Shown here piece after piece: positions 60,854 through 64,000 of a stretch of DNA of 64,000 nt. How positions within the stretch are numbered: the first letter of the stretch is position 1; each line of letters begins with the position of its first letter. Source of the stretch: Bacteroidales bacterium (GTDB lineage Bacteria; Bacteroidota; Bacteroidia; Bacteroidales; P3); contig JAVBLV010000001.1 in the NCBI GenBank assembly GCA_031553195.1, forward strand, positions 58,138-122,137. The letters run 5' to 3'. The translations under genes and the position numbers were made by a program. Below the pieces are notes generated by a model that was not told the DNA's origin, did not search any database, and saw nothing but the letters and a program-made list of their open reading frames with translations.

Positions 60854-62698
60854 ATGTGTGGAATTGTTGGATATATGGGAGTTCAGGATGCATATCCTAT
60901 TTTAATAAAGGGATTACATCGTTTGGAATATAGAGGCTACGATAGCGCGGGAATAGCATTGTTAAATAAGGAAAAGGAACTAATCATTTATAAAACAAAA
61001 GGAAAGGTTTCCGATCTGGAGGAATTTACAAAAACGAAAGATATTAGCGGAAACGTAGGAATTGCGCATACGCGTTGGGCGACTCATGGCGAGCCTAATA
61101 ATGTCAATGCGCACCCTCATTATTCACAATCAGAAAATCTGGCGCTTATTCATAATGGGATTATAGAAAATTACAAGCCATTGAAAGAAAGCTTGATAGA
61201 ACTCGGATATAAATTCCAAAGCGAAACGGATACCGAAGTCCTGATACAACTTATTGAATATATGAAGACGGCCAACGGCGTGGACTTGTGTACAGCCGTG
61301 CAAATGGCCTTGAAAAATGTGGTCGGAGCTTATGCTATTGCCGTTATAGAGAAAGGAAATCCCAATATAATGATCGCCGCGCGAAAAGGCAGCCCTTTAA
61401 TAGTGGGAATCGGTAAAAACGAATTTTTCATAGGCTCCGATGCTTCCCCTATTATTGAATATACCAATAAAGTCGTGTATCTGGAAGAAGAACAAATTGC
61501 TATACTGGAACGGGGCAAGGAGCTGAAGATTAAAACCATTTCGAACGTGGAAACGACGCCTGTCGTTAAAGAACTGGAAATGAATCTCGACCAATTGGAA
61601 AAAGGAGAGTATCCGCATTATATGCTGAAAGAGATTTTTGAACAACCCAGAACTTTATCGGCAAGCATGTCGGGAAGAATTAATTTGGAAGGCACAAAAA
61701 TTCATTTATCCAGTATTATTGATAACAAAGAAAAATTTATTAATGCCCGCCGGATTATTATAACGGCATGCGGCACGTCATGGCATGCAGGTTTGATCGG
61801 CAAATATATTTTAGAAGACCTGGCTCGGATACCCGTCGAATTGGAATATTCTTCCGAATTCCGCTACAGGAATCCGGTTATTTACGACAACGATATTGTT
61901 ATCGCCATTTCCCAATCGGGAGAAACTGCCGATACATTAGCGGCTTTAGAATTAGCCAAATCGAAAAAAGCTTTTTTATATGGAATTTGCAATGTTGTCG
62001 GCGCGTCTATTCCCCGAATCACCAACACAGGATGTTATACCCATGCCGGACCCGAAATAGGCGTGGCTTCAACAAAAGCGTTTACGGCCCAGGTTACGGC
62101 TCTCGTTCTTTTGGCGTTGTCTATTGCGACGGAAAAAGGTGTTTTATCTCCCAAAGAACTGCAAAAAATTATAAAAGAACTTAAGACGATCCCTTCAAAG
62201 GTCGAAGAAATATTAAAGCTGAACAAAAAAATAGAAGATTACGCAAAAATCTTCACTTACGCTAAAAATTTTATCTACATGGGGAGAGGATATAATTATC
62301 CTGTCGCGTTGGAAGGCGCTTTAAAGTTGAAAGAAATATCATACATACATGCCGAAGGATATCCTGCCGCGGAAATGAAACATGGCCCAATTGCCCTCAT
62401 CGATGAGGAAATGCCGGTAATTGTGATTGCCCCTAAAAAAGGGATGTACGATAAAATTGTAAGTAATATTCAAGAAATTAAAGCCCGAAAAGGTAAAATA
62501 ATTTCTATTGTTACAAAAGGCGACAAAACAGTGAAGGAACTTTCCGATTATTCTTTTGAAATTCCTGATACTGAGGAATGCTTAGTGCCGTTATTATCGG
62601 TAATTCCCTTACAATTAATGGCTTATCATATTGCAATTGTAAAAGGACGGAATGTAGACCAGCCGCGCAATTTAGCAAAATCGGTAACTGTAGAATAA
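60854..62698 (+). CDS. glmS: Glutamine--fructose-6-phosphate aminotransferase
   Basis: 614 aa. MCGIVGY N-terminal nucleophile, two SIS domains, C-terminal PRNLAKSVTVE. Confidence 0.95.
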   Translation: MCGIVGYMGVQDAYPILIKGLHRLEYRGYDSAGIALLNKEKELIIYKTKGKVSDLEEFTKTKDISGNVGIAHTRWATHGEPNNVNAHPHYSQSENLALIHNGIIENYKPLKESLIELGYKFQSETDTEVLIQLIEYMKTANGVDLCTAVQMALKNVVGAYAIAVIEKGNPNIMIAARKGSPLIVGIGKNEFFIGSDASPIIEYTNKVVYLEEEQIAILERGKELKIKTISNVETTPVVKELEMNLDQLEKGEYPHYMLKEIFEQPRTLSASMSGRINLEGTKIHLSSIIDNKEKFINARRIIITACGTSWHAGLIGKYILEDLARIPVELEYSSEFRYRNPVIYDNDIVIAISQSGETADTLAALELAKSKKAFLYGICNVVGASIPRITNTGCYTHAGPEIGVASTKAFTAQVTALVLLALSIATEKGVLSPKELQKIIKELKTIPSKVEEILKLNKKIEDYAKIFTYAKNFIYMGRGYNYPVALEGALKLKEISYIHAEGYPAAEMKHGPIALIDEEMPVIVIAPKKGMYDKIVSNIQEIKARKGKIISIVTKGDKTVKELSDYSFEIPDTEECLVPLLSVIPLQLMAYHIAIVKGRNVDQPRNLAKSVTVE

Positions 62699-62895
62699 AC
62701 GAAGATGTAAAATAAACAAGGCATAAAATAAATGATAATCCGCAATGTTGCCCCTAACCTTTGAAAAGACAGGCTTTATTAACCCCTAAATCCCCTAAAG
62801 GGAATTTTTGGGCAGCCGTTTTTCTTAAATTAGCCCCCTTTAGGGAGTTGGGGGTATTATTGAGGATAGTTCATTAAAACAAATACAAACTTTTT

Positions 62896-63726
62896 ATGAA
62901 TAGAAAAGAGCTCATCGAATTAATTTACAGAAAAAAATCATTCCTTTGCATAGGGCTTGATACCGATTTATCTAAAATTCCACCTCATTTACTCAGGAAG
63001 GAAGATCCTATTTTTGAATTTAATAAATCAATTATTGACGCGACAATAGATTTGACTGCGGCTTATAAGCCTAACCTTGCTTTTTATGAGGCGCAGGGCG
63101 TTGAAGGAATGATTTCTTTGAAAAAAACGTTAGATTATTTGAATTCCTATAAATCTGAAGTTTTTACCATTGCAGACGCCAAACGAGGCGATATTGGAAA
63201 TACTTCGCAGCAATATGCAAAAGCATTTCTGGACCCGAAAGGGGCGTTCAACTTCGACGCTATGACCATAGCTCCGTATATGGGCGAAGATTCCGTAACT
63301 CCTTTTGCCGTTTATGAAAACAAATGGCTTATCTTACTCGCCTTAACATCGAATAAAGGCGCTTTTGATTTCCAATTTTTAGAAGACAAAAATACAGGCA
63401 GAAAATTTTATGAAATTGTATTGGAAACGTCTAAAGAGTGGGGAACTCCGGAAAATATGATGTATGTAGTCGGCGCCACTCAAGCCGAGATGCTGTCAAA
63501 TATCCGGAAAATCGTTCCTGAAAGTTTTCTTTTGGTTCCCGGCGTAGGCGCCCAGGGCGGAAGTCTTCAGGACGTTTGTAAATATGGAATGACTTCCGGA
63601 TGCGGACTTCTCGTTAATTCTTCGCGCGCTATTATTTATGCTTCAAATGGTGAAGATTTCTCTGATGCGGCTCGCGTCGAAGCGTTAAAAATACAACAAG
63701 AAATGGAGAAGGAACTTCGGTTATAA
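62896..63726 (+). CDS. pyrF: Orotidine-5'-phosphate decarboxylase (long, type 2)
   Basis: 276 aa. [24 protein letters not shown]. Confidence 0.9.
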   Translation: MNRKELIELIYRKKSFLCIGLDTDLSKIPPHLLRKEDPIFEFNKSIIDATIDLTAAYKPNLAFYEAQGVEGMISLKKTLDYLNSYKSEVFTIADAKRGDIGNTSQQYAKAFLDPKGAFNFDAMTIAPYMGEDSVTPFAVYENKWLILLALTSNKGAFDFQFLEDKNTGRKFYEIVLETSKEWGTPENMMYVVGATQAEMLSNIRKIVPESFLLVPGVGAQGGSLQDVCKYGMTSGCGLLVNSSRAIIYASNGEDFSDAARVEALKIQQEMEKELRL

Positions 63727-63788
63727 AATTCGATTGATAAAAACGAAGAAACGTTTTTCATTTAAGTTATGAGTTTTCTCAGAAAATG

Positions 63789-63862
63789 AAAGAGAGTATC
63801 TCAAAAAAAACCTTGAAACATTATTTGATTTTTCCGGTTTTTGAATTTTGGATACTCTCTTT
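63789..63862. terminator. 12-bp perfect inverted repeat between convergent genes, a possible bidirectional terminator
   Basis: AAAGAGAGTATC (63789..63800) and GATACTCTCTTT (63851..63862), separated by a 50-nt spacer. Lies between the pyrF stop and the sigma-factor stop. Confidence 0.35.
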
Positions 63863-63889
63863 AAGTATATTTTTTTCTATAAAAATGAA

Positions 63890-64000
63890 TCAGTTCTTAT
63901 AATCGTTTAATTGCGACATTAATTTTTTGCGACAGAAAAAGATTCTGCTTTTTACGGTGCCTATGGATAAATCCATTTGTTCTGCAATTTCTTTATATTT
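63890..64000 (-). CDS. ECF-type sigma-70 family sigma factor, last 36 codons only (the N-terminus is outside the window)
   Basis: Minus-strand translation KYKEIAEQMDLSIGTVKSRIFFCRKKLMSQLNDYKN* matches the region 4 helix-turn-helix pattern (EIAE...S.GTVKSR). Confidence 0.55.
   Translation of the reverse strand, partial: KYKEIAEQMDLSIGTVKSRIFFCRKKLMSQLNDYKN

Noticed and set aside
1-64000. Search for CRISPR arrays, tRNA/rRNA genes, transposases, integrases, prophage genes and known defence systems
   Set aside because: I scanned all intergenic spacers by eye and found no regularly spaced short direct repeats and no tRNA cloverleaf candidates. No ORF has recombinase, nuclease or defence hallmarks. 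tRNAscan or Infernal would be needed for certainty.

Overview
Chromosomal segment from a low-GC member of the Bacteroidota, probably Bacteroidales-like. Lineage evidence: many TAnnTTTG -7 promoter boxes 20-110 nt upstream of start codons, almost no Shine-Dalgarno sequences, a uppS-bamA-skp-skp block, gldH, and an exbB-exbD-tonB cluster. About 54 intact CDS are packed on both strands. Most are housekeeping genes: aspS, rny, zapA, ribBA, bamA, uppS, purQ, rnhB, dapA, ftsQ-ftsA, proS, prfB, aroE, pckA, coaBC, glmS, pyrF. I saw no rRNA, tRNA, CRISPR array, transposase, integrase or recognisable defence genes. Observations beyond routine annotation, in rough order of interest: (1) an apparent two-gene operon encoding a secreted protein that is very Tyr/Trp/Gly-rich and then Ser/Arg/Asn/Thr/Pro-rich, followed by a 494-aa FadL/PorV-like outer-membrane barrel; (2) five copies of a ~145-160 nt imperfect-palindromic intergenic repeat (MITE/ERIC/Correia-like); (3) a ~190-nt structured RNA between zapA and rny that looks like 6S RNA; (4) ftsQ-ftsA lacking its usual neighbours murC and ftsZ; (5) an 18-bp perfect inverted repeat bracketing 97 bp upstream of an isolated purQ; (6) two truncated gene remnants; (7) a gadB-gadC acid-resistance module in which gadB has a canonical Shine-Dalgarno sequence; (8) the classical prfB +1 frameshift site. 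All product calls rest on motif recognition by eye. No database search or statistics were run.
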